NCBI RefSeq assembly: GCF_037042905.1
Contig: NC_087250.1
Location: 16,556,001 to 16,620,000 of the forward strand
Length of the DNA stretch: 64,000 bases
Direction: 5' to 3'
From: Lytechinus pictus
Taxonomy: Eukaryota
Under the pieces are notes generated by a model, which was not told the DNA's origin, did not search any database, and was given only the letters and a program-made list of their open reading frames with translations. The position numbers were made by a program, and so were the translations under genes. Position 1 is the first letter of the stretch, and every line of letters begins with the position of its first letter. This document shows positions 27,401 to 38,110 of this stretch, piece after piece.

Positions 27401-28446
27401 ACCATCTGTACAGTTCTGGGGTAAAATATACGTAGGTGAAACTCCATGAATTCATGATAACTAATTGGAAAACAAATAGAAGAGTATCCGAAATAGCTAT
27501 TACTCATCAAGTAGCTAACTTGAAATTTTAATGACCTATTTTTTAAAAACTGATATCACTTTTTTATTATTGATCTAATGCCTGTATAAAAGCTTCACCG
27601 TGCACTCTTTACAATGAATGTGTAGGTGGAAAAAAGTTGTAATGTTTTCCCACCCACACATAGGTTAGATTCTGATTTGATAAGCCAGTTCCTAGTTCCA
27701 CTTTGCGTATGATCAGAAGATTCTGCGCATGATCAGAGGAAGGTCATTGGTACTAAAGTGACATGGTGGTTTAAATTCAATGAGATAAGCACCAACTTTG
27801 AGGTCTTGATTATTATGTTCTTTGAATTGTTTTTTTTTTCATTTACATCCACTCAAAAAAATGCGTCCACGAATGACTGGTATATTTCACAGTTTGCAAA
27901 AGTAGAAATGCAACAAATACCTTCATTGTGTTCATTGATGTGCTATTCTTGTCACCTGGTCTATTCAATTTCTTCATCCTGCTATGTAAGGCATGCATAC
28001 GTAATATCTTGCTTTGAAATCTGCCTATCATAATGAAAGAAATGGAAGGTAATTTGACCAAAATTGTCCATGAAGTAACTACGAACTGGGGCCCGTAACA
28101 CAAAATTTAGCAATGATCGTAGAACATTTTTCTACGAATGATTGCATAGACTACAATGTACAATCAATTGTGAAATCAAGCGTACGATCAATCGCTAACC
28201 TTTGTGTTACGGGACCCTGGTCTTTTAAAACTAGTTAGTGATTGCATGCGGTTCTACTTACCCTGTTCCACACGCTGCATCTAGTATCCTATGGCAGTTG
28301 TTACTTCTCAACACCCCCAGTAACCATTTCTTGTACTCCTCAGATCTTTCTGCCAAGGGACCGAGTTTCTGGACGGCATCTCCGTCATCAAATGGATTGG
28401 CTTTCACGTCCTGAAAATAATGACATGCATGTTTAATATCGCTCAT
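15256..28446 (-). CDS. GNMT-like: GNMT-like gene A (SAM-dependent glycine N-methyltransferase family), 5 coding exons, about 282 aa: join(28262..28446,21081..21196,20216..20466,17799..17920,15256..15430)
   Basis: The spliced product has ERS.EYKKWL, ILDAACGTG (motif I), VDS, ANWLTL, FDAVLCLG, KPGGLLLIDHRN, NVYHK and YFQHV. Four GT-AG introns, phases 2,1,0,2. Exon sizes 185/116/251/122/175 sum to 849 nt, ending in TAA. Confidence 0.9.
15633..17110 (+). mobile_element. tRNA-derived SINE split by the Transib insertion; related copy at about 45040-45320 (-)
   Basis: A box GTGGTCTAGTGG and B box GGTTCGAATCC. The body resumes after 17031 and ends in an (ATT)n-like tail. Confidence 0.7.
15805..17026. 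mobile_element. Non-autonomous Transib-like DNA transposon, full length (about 1.2 kb), inserted in a SINE within gene A intron 4
   Basis: Imperfect 36-bp TIRs CACAGTGGGCC...TGCGCCAAAA at both ends. 5-bp TSD CGATG/CGACG. Confidence 0.8.
17799..17920 (-). CDS. GNMT-like: GNMT-like gene A exon 4
   Basis: CATTCATAG| DDTLPSVSIDVIEKDGVRQRVDIIYDMVVKCEETGKDKIE(K) |GTAAGT; 122 nt, phase 0 to 2. Not in the ORF track. Confidence 0.85.
20216..20466 (-). CDS. GNMT-like: GNMT-like gene A exon 3
   Basis: GCAG| VVKQANWLTL...FDAVLCLGSSILHL...KPGGLLLIDHRNLD...NVYHK |GTATAG; 251 nt. Confidence 0.92.
20844..21067. mobile_element. Palindromic MITE 13 bp from the exon 2 donor of gene A; related copy at about 34700-34890
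   Basis: CACTCTAAAAAA...TTACCCAATATTGG inverted at both ends. Confidence 0.65.
21081..21196 (-). CDS. GNMT-like: GNMT-like gene A exon 2
   Basis: ACAG| (G)VDSLFLIEHGMDVVSCDDAEAMLSYARSEKERLELKDW |GTAAG; 116 nt. Not in the ORF track. Confidence 0.9.
21641..22526. mobile_element. CCCGGGGG-terminated non-autonomous DNA element; other copies at 22747-23348 (opposite orientation), 45906-46456 and 59364-59662
   Basis: TIR core CATTGACGAGTGGATAC at both ends of each copy. Confidence 0.75.
21958..22275. mobile_element. Harbinger-like MITE (3-bp TSD); copy at 34379-34690
   Basis: TIR GGCCCGTATTCTGAAGTC. TSD GTA here, confirmed by the empty site in the sister element near 23005; TSD TAT at 34379. Confidence 0.8.
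28088..28217. mobile_element. Short MITE; related copy at about 60205-60335
   Basis: GGGCCCGTAACACAAA...TTTGTGTTACGGGACCC. Confidence 0.65.
28262..28446 (-). CDS. GNMT-like: GNMT-like gene A exon 1 (may instead start at an internal acceptor at 28410)
   Basis: MSDIKHACHYFQDVKANPFDD...ILDAACGT(G); donor GG|GTAAGT. An acceptor-like TTATTTTCAG| lies just before 28410. Confidence 0.85.
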
Positions 28447-31399
28447 TTCAACCTCCCACGACTCTCAGAGCAAATACTCAATAAAATGTAAGGCAAATGC
28501 GCTCTGGTCTAATTTTACAGACTAATACGAAGGAAGAAAAATATTAACTATAATTTTCCTGTTTATATTATAATAACTTAATTTGTGCCCCCTCTTCACC
28601 TACATTTCACTCTTTCTCTCTCTCTCCCTCCATACATCTCTACCCCCCACTCTTTCATTGATTTCGATCTTGAAATTAAAATAAGTATTAAATCACCTCA
28701 GGTCACACGTGTCAGATACCATCACAAATTAATTGTCACTACAAAAATGTCCATGCGCTCTGGTGACACTGCTAAGTTGTTTCTATTTATACACATAGAA
28801 TTTGGTGGTGACTTTTATACCGATGTAAACTGTATACTGGTACCATCTCAGTAATAGCTCCATGCTGGTTCTAATAGAATTGACTTGCACACCGGCTTGC
28901 ACATCATATACATTTTACCACATTGCCATGTCAGGAATATTGCATGCGCTTGGATGTGTCTACCATATACATGCAGCGGCGAGCCAACTAGGCATAATGC
29001 CAAGATCAGTGCTTCGTTAAAATTAGTAGAAATACTATATAGTATACTATGCTATAATAAGTGCAGTAGGATTATCATTACCATTTATATTAGTATAACA
29101 TATTTCACGTGCTGGCGTGCAGTAATTTGTATTTACCATGTTTCCTGTACGGTGACTGGAGCCTGTGAACAGATGTATCGGCTTGCACTTCTAGACGATT
29201 CAACTGTATCTCGTACAACTAGGTTGAGCAAACGGTTGGGTGTTTTCCAATGTCAACCATCCAGGAATAAACAGTGATCACACGTGTATTGTACACACCC
29301 TTATTTACTGAGCGTGGAGTTCTGCAGTTACCAATATAATGAGAATTCAGTCTCCCATCTGTGGTTGTAGTCTAGTACTCTAGACTCTATTCATTTTTTG
29401 TTTAATTCGCTAACCGTGCATGCGCAAAGCCAATTACTTATTTGCGATCCCCAAACTCTGGTCTCTCCAATGTCTTTCCAATGGTCAGAGTGGCTTCTCG
29501 GTGTGAACACTCTGCTTTGGCGTTTGGTATGTGAATAACGAATTATAGTGTCTAGAAATAGACTAGTGCTGCTAAGAAAAATAACGCGCAAAATCACTTT
29601 GCTCGAAAAGCCTGGATCGTACCATGATATGGACCTATTATCGAACCATGAATTTGGAAACTTCGCCATGATTAACCATACACAAAAGGAACGTACTTCC
29701 TTTAGAATTATGTTCAATGTGCAATCCTGGAAAAAATAGTATCCGAGCCGTTGCAGTAACGACTGAGGGTGGTATATAGTTTATTTGCCTCACTATCTTT
29801 TTGACTGAGTAATTATAGAAAAGGTGTTAAGAATGACAAGCATACCCAAATCTGGTCTGGTAAATCGTGTCTATCTTTTGAATCGTTGAATGAACTGATT
29901 TATCGTTTGCAAAATAGCAAAAAGCTTTATAGAAGAATTTGCCAGAATTGGAATAATGTATTAATATTTAAAAATCATGTAGTTCACGAAACACGAGTCT
30001 CGTCTGATTTCGCGATGAATAAATCATGAAATATGTTTTACATCTATATATATATGACAGTTGACCTTACCATCGTCATCAAAACACATGCGGTAAACCA
30101 ATGATATATATATATATATATTTACCAAGTATGGACACAATTATGCAGAAAAAAAGAAGTGAGAGCAAGTTAAAACCTTCAACATTATTTTAACAAGAAA
30201 AATAATACACATGGCCTCCCATCTTTTAACCATTGACCTCTAGATGACATTTTACCTCGCCATCTTCTTCGCCAACTATTTGTCCGTCACTCCTGGTGCT
30301 AGCTCGCATTTGACATAGATCATCCTGTTCAACGGCATTAAATGGGCTTAGAGTAATCGGCGCGTAAAAAAACTTAAGAAAAAAAAAACCCAGATAAAAT
30401 AAAGCTAGTTCAGCTTGTTGTATTTCGTTTATTATTATTAATATCAATACAAAGCGACTTATTTTAACGAAAGTTATATTTTGTTCTCAAATTTATATGT
30501 GCAAAGTTAATTCTCTTTTTTATATGTTTGTTTATTGTAATTATCAGTATTTTCATCTTTGTATATTTTGTACATTTTTATTGTCATAATTATGTTCTTG
30601 TTTGTTTGCACAGCCCCTTTGTAAAATAACCTTGTAGCTGAATAGGGCTTTACCGTAAATAAATAAATGATTCAATCAATCAATCAATCTTTGTTAATTT
30701 ATTTCCCATTGTCATTATTCTTGTTATCCTTTGTATTTTCCTTCTCCATGTAATCGTTCTTGTTTCCTTGAGCACATTACACAGCAAAAACTGTGGTGTT
30801 AACCGGTGTACATAGAGGACCACACCAGTTATTTTACTCCGGTGTTAAATTGATGGTGTTAGTGTAACACCTATAGGTGTTATTACAACACCTTTGGTTG
30901 TTACATTTACACTCTTTGGTGTTATGTTCAACCTCTTTGGTGTAATTTTAACACCTCGGGGTGTGGTCCTCTATAAACACCAACTGGTGTCAGTTTTAAC
31001 ACCACAGTTTTTACAGTGTATGAATGTGTATTTGGCACTATATACAGTATTTTATCCATATCAGAAATCTGAGCAGGGCACCTTAAATACAGTGTTGCCT
31101 GCTAAATGACTGTGATCAAATGGTTGGTCAATAAGTTTTCATTTTTTATCCACGGACCCAATATATCGCCCGCTCTGGAAACTTATTGACAAAATGCGTG
31201 GATATGTAGCGGGCAATAAGGTAGAGCTAAAAGTAAAAACTGAGTCAGTGAGATTAATATTGTAAATATGTAATATGATTTTTCACTCTCATGCACTCGC
31301 CATTTCATTTCTCACTATCACAGCCTCTCTCTCACTCTCTCTCTACTTTATCGTTTCTAGTATCTCGTTCGTTTTCTCCAGTGATATTTTAATTGTGAT

Positions 31400-32420
31400 T
31401 ACAGTATTAAAGAATGTATTTTATTTACTCTGTATATGCATATGATGTGATTTTTGTAGGTCTTATCTTGATGCCATGGTAATGAACTAAGATGGTGCTT
31501 ATCATTTAGCAACAGGTACATATGTATTTTCAGCCACCTAAAATTAGGGAAAAGGAAAGAAAATAAACATGTTTTTTTAATCAAAATGTGTGCCTTTCTG
31601 GGGCCATTTGCAACTTTGATATTTATCATTTAGTTCAAGCGTTACCAAAAATAACAGCAATTTTCATCATCCTAAAGAAATCATTTAGAACACTTACTGT
31701 AACTTTTGTTCAAAAATAAAAAAGTAGGTCAAACCATACGCATACTGAGTTAATTCTATTGTGTTTTCAAACTGTCCATTATCTTGTCAGCCATGTTATT
31801 TTTTTTGTAAATTAGATGTTATTTAATGACATGGCAATGCCTTATACATTTTTAAATTCATTTAGCAAAAAAACATGTACGCGTATGTTTGGCATCCTAA
31901 ATTTAGGGGAAATGAAAGAAAAATAAGATTTTACAATGTATTTTTTTTTTAATCACAGATGGGTTTTTTCTGGGGAGGAAATGATCAGTTGCCATGGCAA
32001 CGGGACACACATTTGCAAAATCAAATATCATTAAATTCAAGCATTGCCAAGACATCAGTTTTTATCATTGTAATGAACTCATGCGAAACACTTACTGTAA
32101 TTTATGTTCCGAACTTATGTAGAATGATATTTATTTAATATTCCACCTGTCCATTATCTTTTCTACAATGTTATTTCTTTGTTTTGTAAATTATATCTTA
32201 ATTGGTTGCCATAACAATGGCTGAAGATGTTATTTATATATTAACATCAAGCATATACAGTATGATTAGCACCCTCAAATTAGGGGAAATGAAAGAAAAA
32301 TCAGACTCTTGAATTTTTTTTTTTTTTATCAAAGGTAATCTGGGGGGGAAATAAGCAGTTGCCATGACAACGGGACATTTGCAACGTTGATATTTATCAT
32401 TAAATTCAAATATCACCAAG
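31400..32420. repeat. Degenerate tandem repeat, about 3 units of roughly 360-380 bp
   Basis: AAAT(T)AGGG..AA.GAAAGAAAA recurs at about 31540, 31898 and 32276, with shared flanks. Confidence 0.65.
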
Positions 32421-32863
32421 GCAACATCAATTTATACATTCAATGGGTAAACGCATTTTAATCGAAGAATTTAAAGTGTAAAATAACTTCAATCTATTGA
32501 TAGTTCTCACAAAATTTTCTTCTGAGGAAATCGCAGTTTTATGTTTTACTGTGCCATATAGTTGTGTGTAATATTTAAGTTTAAAATGTAATATCAGACT
32601 TATAATTTGAAAATCCAAATAAATTTTTTTGAATATCAAAGGTAATAAAAAATGTTAACCTATTCAGTCAAATTATCAAAATGCGTGATTTATTATATCC
32701 TTTCACATTTCACGCTAAAATTACACTTTCGCGCAAACATGGCAAAAGTGCGCTTGGCATCCGGCCGCAAGCTATTCCTAAGTATTTTAGCAAGACTTTT
32801 AGCTGGGATGCCAAGCATTGAATAATAAAATACAAAATAAATACTGAGTGAGTGACGACGTCG

Positions 32864-33322
32864 CACAGTGGGCCGGGGCGAAACAAAAGTGCGCCAAAAG
32901 TAATTTTGGGCAATTTCAGATTTTTAATTTTTGTCATGCCCAGCTGAAAGATAGCACTTTGAAGAATACATTAGCAAAATATTTTATTCTGGAATTTGCA
33001 TTAAGGTTGTTAATCTCCTACCTCAAATCGTAAAATGTGACGTTTTGCGAAATGTCGCGTATATGACAACCTAGTTGAAAAACAGGCCATTTCACAGGAG
33101 GTTTTTCTTGCAGGAATCTGAAATGGCTCCCACATAATCCTGATATATTCTTTTTTCGTGTGAAAGTGTTCAAAGTAGATAAAAGACACCTTTCAGGAGG
33201 TTTATAGGATGATTATTCCTCGAAATAGGCTGAAAATCCATGTTTTTTACATTTACATTAGAAACGTTTGGATTTCCGTGGATTTCCGTCTAAATTCTAT
33301 AAGCATCATTTTTTCCGATGTC
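32864..33322. mobile_element. Truncated left end of the same Transib-like family
   Basis: Close match to 15805-16267; flanked by CGTCG. Confidence 0.8.
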
Positions 33323-36039
33323 TATGATGAAATGTGCCCTTTTATTCAAAATAAAATACTCTTTTTGACGTAAAACATATATGTTTTAGCTTAGAAATTC
33401 CCTCTTCTTGTAATCGCACTTGGCGCTCGCATCAATTATTGTTAAGTTTAGTTGGGTACTCATCCTTTATTCAAGGTTACAAAAATGCTAAGAATGTCCA
33501 GTTTTCAGGTTGGAATATTAAAAGTTCTCAGCTCGCGTTTCGTGCTCGCATTATTTGATTGGTGAGATTTGTATACCGTTCATGAGTCACTAGATGCAAA
33601 CGTGTTCCTTTTCTGGTAAGTATATTAAAATTTTCCTCTTGCGTTTCGCGCTCGCATTAATTATTTAGTTAGATATTCATCTTTTTCATGATTAAAGAAA
33701 AACTGCTCGGAATATCCTATTTTTATGTCCTATTATATTGAATGTCCAAAGTTTGAGCTTGCGACTCAGGCTCGCAACATCTCGCAAAAATGCCTTTTCA
33801 ACAGTAATTAGCGCCAAAAGGCGAGTTTTACAATTTCAGATTTTTTTTCTCGAACCTCTCTCTCTGGGTATTTTTTTTTGGTAGTGGCCCTTTGAGAAGT
33901 TAAAAATCTTCAAAATGCAGTAATGGAACAATCTTTTAATTTACAGAGCAATGACTGAGAAGAAGTTTGACATCAAACAGACATTTATACTCTACGAATT
34001 GATTTTATTTCGTTAGGATGCCCAGTCTAATTATACCTTGACGCACAATTTATTTTAAACATATCATAAATATAACTACTGGAATTTTAATTATACACTT
34101 ACTGGCCTTTTCTTTGTTTTTATTTATTTCCATTTAAAAACAAATTATAATACATGTAAAAACAATCAACATAATATCATACGAAGTGGGGGAGTCACTG
34201 AAAGCTTACCTGCTTGTCAAGAGAGGCTCATGTTAAAATAAAACAAAAACAATGGTCCTTCTGATGTAAATGGAACACATCAAAATCATACAAATTAATA
34301 TATAACAAAAACGAAGACAATGAGGTCTTAGGAGAGAGGTAATACAGTTAAATAAGTGAACTCATTTTTATACACTATGGCCCGTATTCTGAAGTCGGGT
34401 TTAACTTTAAACTCAGGTTTAAAGTTGTGGTATAAGTATGGACAGCCAATTGTTACATAATCACTAAAAGTAGAGATATCATACTTTCAGCTCATTCGGC
34501 TCTCAAATCATTCATAATTGAGTAGGAAGTATAAATAGACGATTGTCTTCCCCATCGATGATTCAGGAAAGAGCACAGTAAACATAAGAAACATACAACT
34601 TAATAACAAATTTGATACTTTTGGCTTCCCATACTTAAACCACAACTTTAAACATGAGTTGAACTTAAATCCTACTTCAGAATACGGGCCTATATATAAA
34701 AACATTCAGTAAAATCTCACCCAATATTGGGTTAAAGGGAACATGAATTTTTGCTGGGTATTTTTGGTATGCCATATTGGGTTATTTCAACGCAACATTG
34801 CGAAAAATTTACAAAATATTTGGTATCTTTTTATCCAACCAATATGCATGTTACCAATTTTCCCAATATTGATAAACCTTTTTTAGCGTGCATAGGTTGG
34901 CAAATACATTACATTTTATCTCACATACATGTATATTTGTTTTGTATCTTCTCTTAAATTGGTTTAAAGATTTACTACGGATATGCATGGAATCAGGTAA
35001 AAAGTTCCATAATAATTGATCTTCATAAAATATAGATGATTTGGTAACCTGTTTTCACATTATATCTTTACTACGAGTATGTACAGTACACCTTTATTAC
35101 ACTGTATTAAATAAAAAGAACGACTAAACCGCTTTGGGAAGAAGGTTATTGTAACAGTGATACATAAAAAAATGCAATATTATACTGAATCATTTCATAA
35201 ATAGGAAGTATCGTTCTTAATAAAGGTTTTGTATGAGACAAATATTCAGAATGAGTTATCATACGAATAACCTTCTTCTGTAAGATTTTTTAAAATTTTA
35301 TTTGTCTTCTTTACCCAGGGTAGCCTGTTCAGTGGTTTAGACACTGTTGTCAACCAGGGCCCTGCACAATACATATTTACATAAAACAATCAAAAGAACA
35401 CATTTTATACAACACATTAAAAGTCGACATTGTTACACTGCAATACGAAGAGAGAAAAATGATTTGAGTTCTTGAAAAAGGAAGCAGTATTGGAAATTGA
35501 CAGGAAAACAAGGAAAAATTAATAGGTATGTATTTTCATTATTATAGGTTTGTACGTTTTTATACTTATAAATTTATCAATTCAGTGAAAAGATATGTGC
35601 ACGACTTAAACTAGTTTTACGAGCAAATCCCATAACCATATTACAGTAAAGTGTGATGTTATATATGATTAATACAAGATCGTAAGGGCCTCCTCTGATA
35701 AAAAATATAACTTAACTGAGTATTCCTAAGCTCTTTTTTAAAATTTAATTGTGACATATGAGAATCACAAAAGAGTTTTTCATATATTACAACACCTAGA
35801 CAATTAACTTCGGTCACATAGTAAACATGATAAATGGGACTGTTTTTAATAATAGTGATCTATCATTGTGCACATTTTTGGAGTTGCTACCAAATATCAT
35901 ATATTTTGTTTTATCAACATTTAAAATCATGTTTTTGCTTTCTTCCATGTATCAATATTTCGCAAGTGATTATACATGGAAGATATAAGAATGTATCAGT
36001 TCCTGTTAAATAAAAAGAGAATTGTCATCTGCGTATAGT

Positions 36040-36799
36040 TTATATTTTATTTTATCAGACTATAAACAGTTAAAGAGATATCCTTTCTGTAAATAAAAAA
36101 GTAGCGGGTCAAGTATTGATCCCTAGGGCACTCCACCTCCTATGGTCGCCTGGTGTGATATTCTCACATTTAAAAATACATACTGTTGTCGATTGTGTAA
36201 GTAATCAATAAACCAGTGTAACGAAATACCTCGAATGCCGTGGTGAAATAATATTATGGTCAATAATATCAACAGGTTTTTTAAAGTCCACAAATACAGA
36301 ATTTAATTCATTTTGGTTAGGTGATTCAACACTTATCCTACCTTACCTGAACTACGGTATACTTGCATGGGGTAATTCGTTTAATTACCAACTGGATAAA
36401 TTGTTAATTCTTCAAAAACGGGTATTGCGAATAATTTGCAATTCTGACAGGTTAAGTCACACAAACATTTTATTTTTCAACAATAAAGTATTAAAGGTGC
36501 ATGATTTATATAATTTCTTTTTAGGGTGTTTCATGTTTCAATTGAACTCAAATGCTCTTCCTCATGCTTTTACATCACTATTCCAAAAGAATCAACATTT
36601 GCATACTTACCCTACCCGACAGTCGTCATTCTTTCACTTGCATAGGTTGAGAACAGTGCTTAGGAAAAGAACGATGGTATATACTGGTCCAGTTTTTTGG
36701 AATTCCTTGGATATGACACTTAAGCAACTACAAAATTATAATATTTTCAAACATCACTTGAAAGCAAAGCTTCTTCTTCGATATAATGAAACAAACTGA
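36040..36799. mobile_element. LINE fragment with inverted 5' part
   Basis: Minus-strand RT piece (GIRGISLHWFIDYLHNRQQYV...GVP*GSIL) abuts a plus-strand C-terminal piece (YLNYGILAWGN...LQKRVLRII...GPVFWNSL). Confidence 0.7.
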
Positions 36800-37227
36800 A
36801 ATTGCTATTTATTGGCATGCTCTATTGCATTTTTGTCCACAAAGCTTATTATCCAGCTCCGCTCACAATCATGACTTTGTTGACCAAAAATATAAACCAT
36901 GAGAATCGCTGAAAACTTTGTACAAACATTTTATCAAGCATTAATTGATTTTATAACATTTTGAACTTGGCCAATGCATGTTGAAATTATGTTAAAAATG
37001 ACAAATATATATATAACAATGTGTATCTGAAAAAAATAAATAAACTGAAAATTAGTTTATGGTGCTCTCCCGATGTAAATTGACTTTTCTATTCACCCCA
37101 AAAGGTTGCAACTGTAAAGTTTCATATTTTCACCAAAAAGAAATTGTATTATATCTTTATTCATCCATTCAAAATAGACAACGGTTTTGCATGGCCGGGT
37201 AAAAGACCGTGTCAATCAGGATGAAAA

Positions 37228-37396
37228 TCATATCGCTTTGTAAATGACGTGTTGGAAGTAAGCTGTGTTTTCTGTATCAGTCATGTCCTGACGTACAAGA
37301 TCGCCGTAGATGGCGTACTTGCGACTTGTTCCAAACATCTCCTTCAACAGTATACTAAAATTGTGAAGATAGACAGGTGCTAACTGCAATGTTTTC
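37228..37396 (-). pseudogene. Orphan GNMT-like terminal exon (intact frame; remnant of a third paralog or alternative last exon of gene B)
   Basis: TTTTTACAG| then phase-2 entry: KTLQLAPVYLHNFSILLKEMFGTSRKYAIYGDLVRQDMTDTENTAYFQHVIYKAI*. Clearly homologous to exon 5 of gene A. No matching exons 1-4 seen between 37400 and 45360. Confidence 0.8.
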
Positions 37397-37539
37397 CTGT
37401 AAAAACGATAATGAACGTATCAATTGATAACACAGAAAACAATCACTGGCGGCACCAATGGGGGGGGGGGCATGGAACATTGCCACCCCTCTCCCATTGC
37501 CCCCATAAATTCGTTAAACTGGACAACAGAAGTATAGTA

Positions 37540-38110
37540 AATTCTGCCATTCTCATACAGAAAGATGTAAACATTATTGAGAATATTCAGCGTCAGGGTG
37601 CAAGGTGTGTCCTTCGTGACTATAGCAGAGAGTCCAGTGTAACATTTATGCTGTCAACTCTTCACTGGGATACCCTCCAACACAGACGCCTTCTTAACCA
37701 ATGTGAAATTTTCTACAAAATTCATCACAAATTTGTTCAAATCAGCATGCCGTATCAGGTTAGGCTCAGCAGTAATTCCCATCCACAACGTTTACACTGG
37801 ACATCAGCTTAAGTACACCCAACCCTTTTGTTGAGTGACTTGCTACATATAGGCGCGATAGCTCAGTCGGTAGAGCGGGGGTTTCGGATTCCGGTGACCA
37901 GGATTCGATTCCCAAGTGGTGCGCTAGTGCCCTTTGGTAAGGCATTTATCCTCATTACCAGGTCCCTCGGAGAGGACCTTAAGCCGTTGGTCCCCTGGTT
38001 GCTTGCTCACAGGCAGTCGTGCTTTCTTAGCAGTCAGGTAGAAAACCTCGGTATGTTTCCAAGAGCCATCCGTATTTGGAATACTCTCACAAACGCTGTT
38101 GTCAGTTGTA
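37540..38110 (+). mobile_element. LINE 3' fragment interrupted by a tRNA-derived SINE (37851-38040)
   Basis: IENIQRQGARCV..DYSRESSVT.ML..L.W..LQ.RR and FPRAIRIWNTL; SINE head GGCGCGATAGCTCAGTCGGTAGAGCG...GATTCGATTCCC. Confidence 0.7.

Noticed and set aside
30256..30263. ATGGCGAG|GTAAAA on the minus strand as first exon of gene A
   Set aside because: Phase 2; splicing to 28410 gives an immediate stop.
37851..37925. Functional tRNA gene
   Set aside because: tRNA-like head followed by a SINE body and inserted in a LINE fragment; stems are imperfect.
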